Numbered from the stretch's first letter, positions 16,881 through 27,424 are shown. The stretch is 42,347 nucleotides of DNA from an uncultured delta proteobacterium (GCA_963803975.1 CAWDOY010000021.1:1-42347); one strand, 5' to 3'. The notes: generated by a model from the letters alone, not told the origin. A program made the numbers and translations.

Positions 16881-19278
16881 TCACTTTCTTGTGGAAGTTA
16901 TAAATTTCGGTTTAAAGAGCGCGATAAAACTGGGTACGACAAAAATAGCTCCCATCATGTTAATTACCAGCACGATTGCCAGCAGCAGGCCCATCAATGC
17001 CTGGAACATCAGCTTGGAGATTACCCAGAACCCAAGACCGCAGATAAGGGTTAAGGCGACATACAGAACCGCTTTCCCGGACGTTCCCAGCGATATTGCA
17101 ATCGCGTCATTCAGGTCACGTTTGTTATCCCGGTATTCCTCAATAATACGGCCGACAATATAGATCGAATAGTCAACCCCAAGCCCCATGCCCACTGACG
17201 CGATCGGCAGCGTCGCCGTGGTCAGCGGTATCGGCGGGTTCATGAGGGTCATAAACGACTGGGTCAAAAAGGTCGAGGTCAGCAGCGGCAGAGTGATAAA
17301 GATCGCCGCCACAAAGGACTGGAAGAAGAACGCAACAAAGCAAAAGCACATGATGTAGGCAATGATGGTGGTCAGGCCGTTGTATTTCAGCAGTGTCTCA
17401 TTGATACCTGCCTGGACGCCTGCCGTGCCCCCTGCCAGACGATACTTGAAGTTAAAAGTTGTCTCCGCTTTATTCACTATGTCCTTTACCGTCTTAGTGG
17501 AGGCCGACTCCTCCGCAATAAATTTATTGATCCGGTCAATAACTTCTTTGAGGCTGTCCGCTGTCTTGTCACGCAGGTACAGGACGATGTTTGCGCGCTG
17601 CTGGTCAGCGTCGAGATATTTATCCCAGGCGCCGGGAGCTCCGGTAGTGAAAATAACCCATTGGAGCATTTTGAGCTGCATATCCACCGTAGGGGCAAAT
17701 ATCCATTTAGGGTCAGAATCTCTCACCGCCCGGTTGTAATTCGGAATCGGGCCGGAAAGGCTCCCCACGAATATGACCCGCTGGTTGGGGGTCCGCGACA
17801 TGTAGCGCACAAATTTCAGTATGTCGCGAAGAACGGTCGGGGTCATCTGGGTAAATGGTTTGTCACCTTCGCACACTATGTACATGGGGTTCAAAAGCGG
17901 CATGTTAAAGATGAGCCGGAACGCATCCACGTTGTAGCGGTGAAACGGCCACAGGATTTCAGACCCCGGCACCACGTTTCCCACGGGCAGCTTCAGCTGC
18001 TGGAAATAGCCCCAGGTGCTGACAATTAATACAATGACCAGAATGGGGATTTTTCCCTTGCGGCAGATAAAATGGCCAATGCCATGCAGCATCCTGTCCA
18101 GGAACCCCTCCTTTTCCGGTGTTGTCTGCACTGGAAAGTAGGAAAACATGATGGGCAGCAGAAAAAACGCGATAAATATCGTGCCGAAGGCCCAGAACGC
18201 GCAGGATAGTGGTTATCTTGTACAGGATATCGATCGGCGTAATGGCGATAATCAGAATGCCCGAGGCATCGGTTATAATTCCTGCGATGCCCGGGACGAA
18301 CAGGCTGGTAATAACTTTCTTGCAGGCTGCCTTGCCATCGCCGAGGTTTAACGGACTCTTCCCGGTAGCGCTTCACCACCTGCACCGAGTGCGATGCAGC
18401 CATGGCGCCGATGAGAAACGGGAACACCAGCACCAGCGGGTCAAGGTTGAAGTTGAGCATGGCAAGGAACCCCAGGCCCCACACCGCGCTGATCAGCGCT
18501 GCAAAAACCGGCATCACCATGCCGCGCTTGGTGCGGAAAAACAGAAAGAACATCACCAGCATGGCGATGATGGTGTAGACAAAAATCTTCAATGCCTGCG
18601 GCACATAGCTTTCAATGTAGCCGATGTGCATGGGATTGCCGGCTATGGCTATAAAGTGATTATCATCTTCATATTTCTTCCGCAACGCCTGCAGCTCCTT
18701 GAAGGTAACCCGGTAATCCATCTTCTCTTCAAAAAAATCTACCTGGATTAAGGTCTTCGCGCTGTCGAGAGATACCAGCCCAGGGTAGGTGATGGGGTTT
18801 CCATAAATAACCAGCCTGAGCTTATTGATGTCTTCCGGGGTTTGCGGAACTTTGGGGAACATAACCGGAACAGATGTGTAGTCCTGCGGGCAGTGATTTG
18901 AAATCCCTTATTTGCGAACTTGCTATGGAGATAATCTTGTAGCGGTCAACTGCATTCAAGTTGAAACATATCCTCAGTGATGTTCTTTACCTTTGTCAGG
19001 GTTTCAACATTAAAGATATCCTTGTACTTACCCTTGGGTTTCACCCCCACCATGATAAGCACCTGGTTGGCACCGCCAAACTTGTTGCGGATCTCATTGT
19101 GCAGCTTTATGTACGGGTGCTGCTGCGGCAGCAGGTCGGCGAACACGGTCTTAACCGACAGCTTCCGGCACTGCCAGCCAAAAAAGACGGTGATGATGAT
19201 GGCGAGGATGAGGTAGATGTTGCGCTTCTCTATGACATGATCTGCAACGCGTTCCATGAATGTTTCTATTTTACCCAT
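16881..19278 (-). CDS. MMPL/RND transporter, tandem duplicate with four +1 frameshifts (~18210, ~18348, ~18888, ~18957)
   Basis: Highly similar to 14332-16725 over its full length and 4 nt longer (2398 vs 2394); most substitutions are synonymous. Confidence 0.8.
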
Positions 19279-19608
19279 AACCTTAATCTCCCCTGTGAGG
19301 TTCCCTGACAATGGATGAGAGGCTATCGCATCCCGTTTCCATTACTGTTCTTCGTATAACCGGCAGCAGCATGATTCCGTCATTTTTTTTATCACGGTAC
19401 AGCTCATGTGCTGCGGATGAAATGGACTGCTTGTGGAGGGAGTTAAAAAGTAATTGCTGAGCATGTGCGGTAACAGTATTCAGCGTGAAATAGCAATACG
19501 GGTAACATAATAAGCGCCGGCGGATGCGTAACTGCTGGAGTAATTACTTTTCAAAAAAATCTTTTCAAAATTAGCTATAAAAGTCAAGCACTTGTTTTTT
19601 TACCTTTT

Positions 19609-21091
19609 TTAAATACATTTCCTCTTCTTATCAATATAGTCCAAGAGCACGCACTGGCCAAGGTCAAGCGGGCTTATGTGAAATACCCTGCCCTGCGCCC
19701 GCTTTGCCATCTCATCGACAAACCTGACGCTGCTCTTCTCCTGGGACAGAAGAAAAACGCTTAAGGATATCTTATGCCGCGCCAGGCTTTCAACCGCGCT
19801 GAGCGTGCGCTGCAGGGTCTTCTGGTGGGGCGGAAACTGGAAGAATACCGTGCCCCGCTCGCGGTGAGCCGTGGGCTCTCCGTCGGTGATAAGAAATATC
19901 TGCCGGCGAAAGCCCTTGTGCAGGGCAAGGGTTTTGCGCGCTGCATCAAGCGCTGCTTCCATGTTGGTGTAGGGATTTGTTTCATCCCAGAAGAGAAACG
20001 GAATCTCCTCCGTGCGAATTTTGCGGGCCTCCATGGAAAAGGTAACGACTGCCACCCGGTCCTGTGGATAGCGCCTGCGGCTGAGCTCATAGAGGGCGAG
20101 CGCCACTTTTTTAGCTGCAATGTAGCGGTCTTCAAAACGCATGGACTTGCTGACATCAATTAAGAGCACGGTCGCGGACCGGGAGAAGGGCTCCTGGTCA
20201 TAGACGATAAAGTCCTGCGCGCTGATACGCACCGGCAGTTCCATCCCCGCCCGCCGTACCGCGTTCAGCACTGACCTGCTCAGGTCAAGGTGCAGGGGGT
20301 CGCCGAACTGGTAGGGCCTGGTTTCATGGGCTGCCGGCGGCTCGCTGCTGCGCCGCGGCTGGCGCCGGTCTGCTGCGGGGTCGGTTTTTCGCGGCTTAAA
20401 GATTTCTTTCAGGATGTGCCGGGCGATTTTTTGCAGCCCCTGGGAGGTGAGCCTGAGCCCTGACGGGACCCTCACGGGCAACACCTTCCCGGACCATGTG
20501 TGCGGCAAGGTTCTTAATCATCTGCCAGTGCTTGAGACTGTCTTCCCCCAGCACTTCCTCAAGCTGTTCCTCATCAATACTTTCCAAATCAAAGCCCCAG
20601 TAGACGCGCTTCAAGTCCTTTTCCAGGTTTTCAATGGTGTGGAGGTGATCGGCAAGCATGAGCGCTTCACGCGCGGTAAGCTTTTCCTTGCGGGACGCAT
20701 CACTCAGCAGACGCGCCAGGGCCTGGAGGGACGCGCCGTCCATTGGCTTTCCTGACAGGGGCGGGCCGTCCTGGCCGGGCAGGTAATAGAGCGATTCATC
20801 GTTGTGGCTGAGCTGCCGCTGAGAGCCTTTCCTGCGCGCCGGGTCATCGTGCGGCAGAAGCCCTGCGAGCTGCTCTTTCAGCTTCTTAACCTCTTCCATG
20901 AGGTCTTTTATGCCAATGAACAGTTTCTCACCCTGCTCATCCCGGTATCCCTCCTTCTGCAGCTCTTCAAGAGCTTCCTGCAAGGACTGGTTTTTATGCA
21001 CTGCATCTGCAAGGGCTTTGACCGGGAATGGCGCCCCGGGAAAATTCAGCTGCTCGTCCGGGGAGAGCGGGCGGTAGGTGATTACTTTCAT
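19609..21091 (-). CDS. vWA-domain protein (frameshift at ~20466)
   Basis: ETRPYQFGD, LIDVSKSM (MIDAS DxSxS), TNMEAAL, LITDGEPTAH; the N- and C-terminal ORFs join at EGP/SGLRLT. Confidence 0.85.
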
Positions 21092-22488
21092 GCGGGCTTT
21101 ACATAGAACACGGTATCATGCCGCACTTCTTTTTTAATCCTGCCCAGATGGGAAAGGCTTTCAAGAATGAATTCCACGCCTGAAGCAAGAAGTCCCGGTG
21201 AGAGTTCTTCAAGAAGCGCTGCTACATGATTCTTCAGGGATGGGTATTTTTCAAGGTGTGCCGCGTAGGCGGAAGACGGTGTCATCTCCGACACTTCAAA
21301 GCCGTCGGCAGAGGCAAATTCCTTCAGGAACAGCGCAAAGGTTTCCTGGGGATACTGTTTGCGGAATATTTTCACCACCGCGTCCCGTATCAGGGCGTTG
21401 ATTTTTTCCTCTTCCACGCCGTCCTCAAGAAACTCCCACTCAATCTTTCCCTTCATGGTTGAGCAGAGGTGCATGAGGTCGGTGATGCGCGGCACCACCT
21501 GCTGCTCATGCAGCCTGATGGACCTGCGCAGGGCATTGCTGATCAGGTTCTCCATGTTGTGGATGGTCATGCGCACGCTGATGCCCGAGTGCTGGCTGAT
21601 CTCTGATTTGCGGCGCGCTGACTGGGAGACCTCGGCAATAATCTCTTCAATGAAAAGCGGCAGTTTCAGGGAGAACCCGTCGCAGTCAAAGGGCAGGCGC
21701 TCCTGCCGCACGATTTGAATCTCTTCCTCGATGGTGCGGGGATAGTGGGTGCGGATCTGGGCGCCGAAGCGGTCTTTGAGCGGGGTAATGATCCTGCCGC
21801 GGCTGGTGTAGTCTTCAGGGTTTGCGGTGGCAAGTATCACCAGATCAAGGGGCAGGGAAATCTTGTAGCCCCGGATCTGCACGTCCTGCTCCTCAAGAAG
21901 GTTAAAGAGTCCCACCTGGATTTTCTCATGGAGATCTGGCAGCTCGTTTATGGAGAGGATGCCGCGGTTGGCGCGGGGGATCAGGCCGTAATGAATCGCA
22001 AGCTCATCTGATAAATAGCGGCCCTCGGCGATTTTCACCGGGTCGATGTCGCCGATTAAGTCCGCGATGCTGACATCAGGGGTTGCGAGCTTTTCCGCGT
22101 AGCGCAGGCTGCGCGGGATCCATGCTATTTTGGTGTTTCCCTTCTGCTCCTTTACGGTGTTCCGGCACTGCCTGCAGACCGGGCTGAAGGGACTGTCGTT
22201 TATTTCGCATCCCGCGATAGCAGGAATGTGCTCATCCAGCAGGTCAGTAAAAGTGCGCATGAGTCTGGTCTTTGCCTGCCCGCGCTCGCCCAGAAAAATA
22301 ATGTTGTGGCCGGAGAGCACCGCGTTTTCAATTTCCGGGATCACGCTGTCATCATAGCCGATGATGCCGGGAAAAAGCTGCTCTCCCTTTTTCATCTTCG
22401 CTATCAGGTTGCGGCGCAGCTCATCCTTGACAGAGCCCGTTTTATGGCCTGCCTGCTCAAGTTCTGCAATGGTCTGCGGTAATGTCAT
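21088..22488 (-). CDS. MoxR/Mg-chelatase-like AAA+ ATPase (partner of the vWA protein)
   Basis: LGERGQAKTRL, NRGILSINELPDL, ATANPEDYTSRGRIITPLKDRFGAQIRTHYP; likely start MTLPQT at 22488. Confidence 0.88.
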   Translation of the reverse strand: MTLPQTIAELEQAGHKTGSVKDELRRNLIAKMKKGEQLFPGIIGYDDSVIPEIENAVLSGHNIIFLGERGQAKTRLMRTFTDLLDEHIPAIAGCEINDSPFSPVCRQCRNTVKEQKGNTKIAWIPRSLRYAEKLATPDVSIADLIGDIDPVKIAEGRYLSDELAIHYGLIPRANRGILSINELPDLHEKIQVGLFNLLEEQDVQIRGYKISLPLDLVILATANPEDYTSRGRIITPLKDRFGAQIRTHYPRTIEEEIQIVRQERLPFDCDGFSLKLPLFIEEIIAEVSQSARRKSEISQHSGISVRMTIHNMENLISNALRRSIRLHEQQVVPRITDLMHLCSTMKGKIEWEFLEDGVEEEKINALIRDAVVKIFRKQYPQETFALFLKEFASADGFEVSEMTPSSAYAAHLEKYPSLKNHVAALLEELSPGLLASGVEFILESLSHLGRIKKEVRHDTVFYVKPA

Positions 22489-22532
22489 GGCAAACGCATT
22501 TCCTTCCCGTGTACTATTAAAGCACTTTTTTT

Positions 22533-22656
22533 CAGGCTGGTCAAAAACATCCAGATGTAAGGCGCGCGACATCGTGAGGAATGAGGCGTACTGTACGTAC
22601 GTCGCAATGACGAAGGATGAGCGCAACGAAGCAGATGGGTGTTTTTCAACAGCCTG
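22533..22656. mobile_element. 124-bp MITE-like element with terminal inverted repeats
   Basis: CAGGCTGGTCAAAAACATCC...GGGTGTTTTTCAACAGCCTG (17/20 match), internal self-complementarity, intergenic, no ORF. Confidence 0.75.
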
Positions 22657-22661
22657 TTAAT

Positions 22662-23129
22662 TTACAGCACTCTTCTGAAATAAGCCTTCTTTTTCTTCCA
22701 GTAGTTTTCATCAATGCGGTCAATGGAAACACCTTTTGTGGTTGAGCTGTGGATAAACTCTTTTTTGTTCAGCATGATGCCTACATGAAAGACCTTTATG
22801 GTTCGGAAAAACACCAGGTCCCCGGGGCTCACATCCTTCAGGGCAATCTTCTCTCCGATCTGGTTCTGCTCACGGGTTGACGGCGGCAGGCTGATTTTTG
22901 CTTTCTTATACACATACTCCACAAAGCCGCTGCAGTCAAAGGCATCAGGGCCCTTGGCCTTTTTTTTATAGGGCCGGCCCTTGAGGCTCAAAGCAGTTTT
23001 AATTATTTTTTCCCGGACATCAGGCTTTGAAGGTGCCGGCACCGGCGGCTTCTTGCGAACGGTCGCGCACCCGCTGACAATAGATAAGAGCAGCAGTGCA
23101 ATAAGAGCTTTTTTATTATATGCCTTCAC
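22662..23129 (-). CDS. NlpC/P60 (C40) cell-wall peptidase lipoprotein
   Basis: Lipobox VSGC; GRPY...FDCSGFV...PGDLVFF...HVGI...FIHSS. Confidence 0.92.
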   Translation of the reverse strand: MKAYNKKALIALLLLSIVSGCATVRKKPPVPAPSKPDVREKIIKTALSLKGRPYKKKAKGPDAFDCSGFVEYVYKKAKISLPPSTREQNQIGEKIALKDVSPGDLVFFRTIKVFHVGIMLNKKEFIHSSTTKGVSIDRIDENYWKKKKAYFRRVL

Positions 23130-23319
23130 CGTTCTTCTGTTAATCCCGGCTGGTAAAAAATGTTTTCCCGTTATAGGGATAGTGTAAAATAATACTATGC
23201 TTTAGTAAATGAGGAAATAGACCTCGCTTCAGTTTTGCCTGCATTTTAATTGACATGCAACAATCTGCTACCGATACTATTTTAGAAAAGAAATTTTTCC
23301 ATAAAGGAGAGCGTTTGCC

Positions 23320-23541
23320 ATGCTGCCATCAGATATTCCTGCAATTTCAAAATTAAGTATTCCCGAAAAGATACTTTTCCTGGAAGAACTATGGGATACC
23401 ATAGTAGCCAGGGACGCAGAAATACCGGTCCCGGAAAGCCATAAAGCAGAACTTGACAAGAGGCTGAAGCGGCATCACAGTTCACAGGGAAAACTATTAA
23501 CTCTTGAAGAATTACAAGCTCGCATAGTCAGCAGGAAATGA
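23320..23541 (+). CDS. Addiction-module antitoxin component (TIGR02574-like), no toxin adjacent
   Basis: LSIPEKILFLEELWDTI...ESHKAELDKRL; AAGGAG RBS; TTGACA promoter-like site at 23250. Confidence 0.8.
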   Translation: MLPSDIPAISKLSIPEKILFLEELWDTIVARDAEIPVPESHKAELDKRLKRHHSSQGKLLTLEELQARIVSRK

Positions 23542-23614
23542 GGGCCTTGTAAGGACGGTTTCAACTGCACCCCGTCTGTTTTATGGATTGGGGGGATGCA
23601 GATACCCCGAACGC

Positions 23615-23652
23615 ACAACAGGGACTTGCTCTAATGAGTAAGTCCCTGTTGT
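23615..23652. terminator. Long hairpin between the convergent antitoxin and pilT genes
   Basis: ACAACAGGGACTTGCTC-TAAT-GAGTAAGTCCCTGTTGT. Confidence 0.7.
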
Positions 23653-23675
23653 ATTGTAAATGATTTCTGTACCCA

Positions 23676-24749
23676 TCACCCGGTCAGCAGCGGCTCGCCG
23701 AGCATTTTGGAGAATACATTCTTGTCAATCGCCTTTTCATAGGCTGCCTGCGGCGTGAGGCGGTCTTCCTTGATAAGCTGCAGCAGATGCTGGTCCATGG
23801 TCTGCATGCCGGAGCCGGTTCCGGTCTGGATGTAGGAGCTTATCTGGGAAATTTTCCCCTCCCTGATCATGCTCGCCAGCGCCGGCGCGCCGATGAGAAT
23901 CTCATTGGCTGCGCACCTGCCCTTCCCGTCCTTGGTCTTCAGAAGCTGCTGAGCTATCACTGCCTTGAGCGATTCCGACAGCATGGTGCGGGTCTGCTCC
24001 TGCCGGTCGGCGGGGAATGCATTGATGACGCGGTCGATTGTTTTGGCCGCGCTGTTGGTGTGCAGGGTGCCGAACACCAGAATGCCCAGCTCCGCGCAGG
24101 TCAGTGCCAGCGCTATGGTCTCAAGGTCGCGCATCTCACCGACGAGGATTATATCCGGGTCTTCGCGGCTTGCTACCCGCAGGGCATCGGCAAAACTGCG
24201 GGCATGGGTGCCGATCTCCCGCTGGGTGATCAGGCACTTCTTATTGGGGTGGACAAATTCAAGGGGGTCTTCAATGGTGATAATATGGGCTTCACGAATT
24301 TCATTGATATAATTGATGATGGCGGCAAGGGTGGTTGACTTGCCGCTTCCGGTTGGCCCGGTAACGAGCACCAGCCCCTGCTTCAGCATGGCAATATCCT
24401 TTACCACCGCGGGAAGGCCCAGCTGCTCGACAGTCATGATATCAGTGGGGATAATGCGAAACACCGCCCCAAGGCCGCGCTGCTGATGGAGAAAGTTGCA
24501 GCGGAACCGGGCAAGCTGCGCAACCTCATAGGCAAGATCCAAATCCCGGTTTTTCTCCAGATGGGACTGCTGCTCTGCGGAAAGAATTTCGTACAGGATA
24601 TCCCGGTTGGATTCCGGCGTCAGGACCGGGTGCTGCGTCGGCACCAGGTCTCCGCGCATTCTGAGAAGCGGCGGAAAGCCTATGACCATATGCAGGTCGC
24701 TTGCTCCCCGCTCCTTCATCTCCCTGAAAAGTGCATCTATCTGTGCCAT
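23676..24749 (-). CDS. pilT: Type IV pilus retraction ATPase, PilT family
   Basis: ASDLH, GPTGSGKST, TIEDPLE, REDPDIILVGEMRD, GTLHT, GMQTMD. Confidence 0.9.
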   Translation of the reverse strand: MAQIDALFREMKERGASDLHMVIGFPPLLRMRGDLVPTQHPVLTPESNRDILYEILSAEQQSHLEKNRDLDLAYEVAQLARFRCNFLHQQRGLGAVFRIIPTDIMTVEQLGLPAVVKDIAMLKQGLVLVTGPTGSGKSTTLAAIINYINEIREAHIITIEDPLEFVHPNKKCLITQREIGTHARSFADALRVASREDPDIILVGEMRDLETIALALTCAELGILVFGTLHTNSAAKTIDRVINAFPADRQEQTRTMLSESLKAVIAQQLLKTKDGKGRCAANEILIGAPALASMIREGKISQISSYIQTGTGSGMQTMDQHLLQLIKEDRLTPQAAYEKAIDKNVFSKMLGEPLLTG

Positions 24750-24775
24750 CTGATAACCTCTCCGTTTCCCGATGC

Positions 24776-25882
24776 TTAAACATTAAAGCCTGAGGTCATA
24801 AGCGGACCGGCGGCGTTTTTTATTTCTCTGTCATACAGCGGTTTGAATGCCTGTTTGCTCTGCGCGTACATATATGCGTCCCGGGCGCTGATGGTTGCGG
24901 CTTTTAACAGGGCCATGAGCGCATCGTCCATGGTCTGCATGCCCACACCTTTTCCGGTCTGCATCATGGATGGAATCTGAAAGGTTTTGCCGTCCCGCAT
25001 GAGATTTGCCATCGGCAGGGTGCAGATGAGCACTTCAACCGCAAGCGCCATGCCGTTGCCATCCACCCGGGGAATAAGTTTCTGCGTGAGCACTGCTCTG
25101 AGCGATTCAGAAAGCATGGCGCGTATCTGGTTCTGCTCCTCCGGCGGGTAGGAATCGATAATCCGGTCAACCGTCTTGGGAGCGGTGGAAGTGGACAGGG
25201 TGCCGATAACCAGATGACCGGTTTCGGCAGCAGATATGGCAAGCGATATGGTTTCAAGGTCCCTGAGCTCGCCGATCATGATAACATCCGGGTCCTCGCG
25301 TAATGCCCCGCGCAACGCATTGGCATAGCTCAGGGTGTCAGTGCCCAGCTGCCGCTGATTAACCACGCCCTTTTTCAGGGGATGAATGAATTCAATGGGG
25401 TCTTCTATGGTGAGAATGTGGTGGGGGCGGTTTTCATTAATATAGTCAATCATGGCGGCAAGGGTGGTTGACTTGCCGTGTCCGGTAGCGCCGGTCACTA
25501 AAATAAGGCCCTGGTGATTATCCAGCACCTTCCTGACTACTTCAGGAAGGCCCAGCGCCTCCAAAGCAGGGATCCGCGGCGGGATGATACGGAATGACGC
25601 TCCCACGCCGTCCCGATGCATAAGCGCGCTGCCGCGGAAGCGGCCCAGCTCGGGAATCGCGTAGGCAAAGTCAAGCTGCAGGTCCTCGGCAAACCGCTCC
25701 TGCTGCTGCTGGTCAAGGATCTCAAGTATCAGCTCCCGGCACTTCTCAGCGGCAAGCGCCTCTCCGTTTAATTTACGCAGGCAGCCGCACTGGCGGACGA
25801 TAAACGGCTCTCCCGGCGTGACGTGAACATCTGAAGCTTTCATTTCAACTGCCTGTTTGAAGATAGTATCCAGTAACGCCAT
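24776..25882 (-). CDS. Second PilT/PilU-family ATPase
   Basis: ASDVH, GATGHGKST, TIEDPIE, LREDPDVIMIGELRD, AETGHLV, GMQTMD. Confidence 0.9.
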   Translation of the reverse strand: MALLDTIFKQAVEMKASDVHVTPGEPFIVRQCGCLRKLNGEALAAEKCRELILEILDQQQQERFAEDLQLDFAYAIPELGRFRGSALMHRDGVGASFRIIPPRIPALEALGLPEVVRKVLDNHQGLILVTGATGHGKSTTLAAMIDYINENRPHHILTIEDPIEFIHPLKKGVVNQRQLGTDTLSYANALRGALREDPDVIMIGELRDLETISLAISAAETGHLVIGTLSTSTAPKTVDRIIDSYPPEEQNQIRAMLSESLRAVLTQKLIPRVDGNGMALAVEVLICTLPMANLMRDGKTFQIPSMMQTGKGVGMQTMDDALMALLKAATISARDAYMYAQSKQAFKPLYDREIKNAAGPLMTSGFNV

Positions 25883-26046
25883 CGTGCATCTCCCGCAATA
25901 GTATGCAATGTTCTGCCAGGTTCCTTTTCACCAGCCGTACAATTGGTCTTATATAATCGTTTTCTGGAAGATTTTCTTGAGGATAAAATTCCTTCTGCTG
26001 CGTGCGGTGGGAACGATTGCAGGTTCACTGCAGAGGAAAGAAGGTA

Positions 26047-26448
26047 TCAGCTTTTATGCTTGCCTTTGAATACTGCGCCGAACTTTTTCAGAAAATCAAC
26101 GAGGATATACCGGTGGCAGTTTTTGCCCGCGGCATTGCAAGAACATACCAGAACAACTTTTCCGCTGTCCAGTATTTTATCCCAGGTGTATTGATACTGA
26201 ATAAAACTGTTCTCGAGAAATTTAAAATACTGCTGCTGCAGCTTTTCCCTGCTCAGCTTACCCATCTTGTAGTCAAACTGCTGCTGCTTGGGAGGGGTAA
26301 AAACAGGATCGCCGCCGTAAAACGATACATCAATTTTACCTTCACCATCATAACCCTCGTCTGCCATATAGACGGTAAGCTTATGCTTATTTTTTGCTCT
26401 TTCTTTGAATACTTTCTCAATATCTATGGGGATTGCCCCTGCTCCCAT
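26047..26448 (-). CDS. Hypothetical protein, DUF488-like
   Basis: C-terminal VLVC.C.....CHRYIL..L resembles the C...CHR motif of DUF488; GGAG RBS. Confidence 0.55.
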   Translation of the reverse strand: MGAGAIPIDIEKVFKERAKNKHKLTVYMADEGYDGEGKIDVSFYGGDPVFTPPKQQQFDYKMGKLSREKLQQQYFKFLENSFIQYQYTWDKILDSGKVVLVCSCNAAGKNCHRYILVDFLKKFGAVFKGKHKS

Positions 26449-26627
26449 GAATATTTCTCCTGCACGGTATAGTTATTTATAGGGAAATTTATTCTCCTTT
26501 TGGCGCCCATTATATAATCGGCAAAAGGGGGAAATCCAGCTGAATTTTTCCAGCCTCATGATGGGGTATTGGTTTACATCGTCAGTGGGTGCGAATTATT
26601 AATGGCTGCAGGCGAGCAGATTTTTTA

Positions 26628-27227
26628 TTACGGTGCGGTGCATGCAGAATCAGTCTGGTTTGTCATTTTGAACTGAGAATAATTATATCCTTTTGCAATA
26701 AGCCGCTCACCGATACCTCTGAGAGTCTCCTCTGAAAGCACGGGCGTGCGGCTGAGAATCCAGCCGATGCTGCGGCCGGGATGACCGATAACCGCATATT
26801 CATAGTTCGGCCCGAGGTCAATAACCCAGTAGTCGCCGGCAAACAGCCAGAAGCCAAAGAGCGAGAAAAAGCTCACCTTCAGTTTGGCGTTGGTCTTTTT
26901 GTCCACCACCCACGCCTGACCCCGCGCCTCTTTTTTCTGCCCGTCTTTGGTGCAGCACTGGTTCAGCACGCTGATCGTCCCGTCCTTATTGAGCGAATAG
27001 GTTGCTTTGGTGCCGCCGGCACAGTCCTTCTGGAACCAGACCGGGATGCTGGCGACTTCATACCACGCGCCCAAATAGCGGGACAGTTCAACGTGATCCA
27101 CCACCTGCAGCTCGTTCGAGACGCTGCCTGCATCTTCAGCCCGGAGGTTCCCGGCGCTGAAACTGAACACTGCCATGAACAGTAAAAAGCTTATCACTGC
27201 GAAGGATGAAGAAATAGAGTGCATCAT
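26628..27227 (-). CDS. blc: Bacterial lipocalin (Blc-like)
   Basis: Signal peptide; RYLGAWYEVA, AKLKVSFF, GDYWVIDL..NYEYA, WILSRTP. Confidence 0.9.
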   Translation of the reverse strand: MMHSISSSFAVISFLLFMAVFSFSAGNLRAEDAGSVSNELQVVDHVELSRYLGAWYEVASIPVWFQKDCAGGTKATYSLNKDGTISVLNQCCTKDGQKKEARGQAWVVDKKTNAKLKVSFFSLFGFWLFAGDYWVIDLGPNYEYAVIGHPGRSIGWILSRTPVLSEETLRGIGERLIAKGYNYSQFKMTNQTDSACTAP

Positions 27228-27274
27228 ATCACGCCTTTCTTAGAGCCCTGCCCGGGCTCAGGTTTAGTGCGTGT

Positions 27275-27424
27275 TCAGCAACCCGGCTCACCCGGATGGT
27301 TGCAGCAGTTCTGGAAATTTTTTAGCTTGAGCAGGTTATTCTTCAGCAGCAGGCGAAGTTTTTCCCGCCAGGCCATACTGCAGCGCAGGTTCGCAATAAA
27401 ATCACGCGGGCTTGGTTCAGTCAT
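27275..27424 (-). CDS. Unannotated 49-aa protein ending CCNHPGEPGC
   Basis: MTEPSPRDFIANLRCSMAWREKLRLLLKNNLLKLKNFQNCCNHPGEPGC-TGA; fills the gap between co-oriented genes. Confidence 0.7.
   Translation of the reverse strand: MTEPSPRDFIANLRCSMAWREKLRLLLKNNLLKLKNFQNCCNHPGEPGC

Noticed and set aside
22489..22626. N-terminal extension of the AAA+ ATPase in the ORF track
   Set aside because: It runs through the MITE-like element; the family-like start is MTLPQT at 22488.
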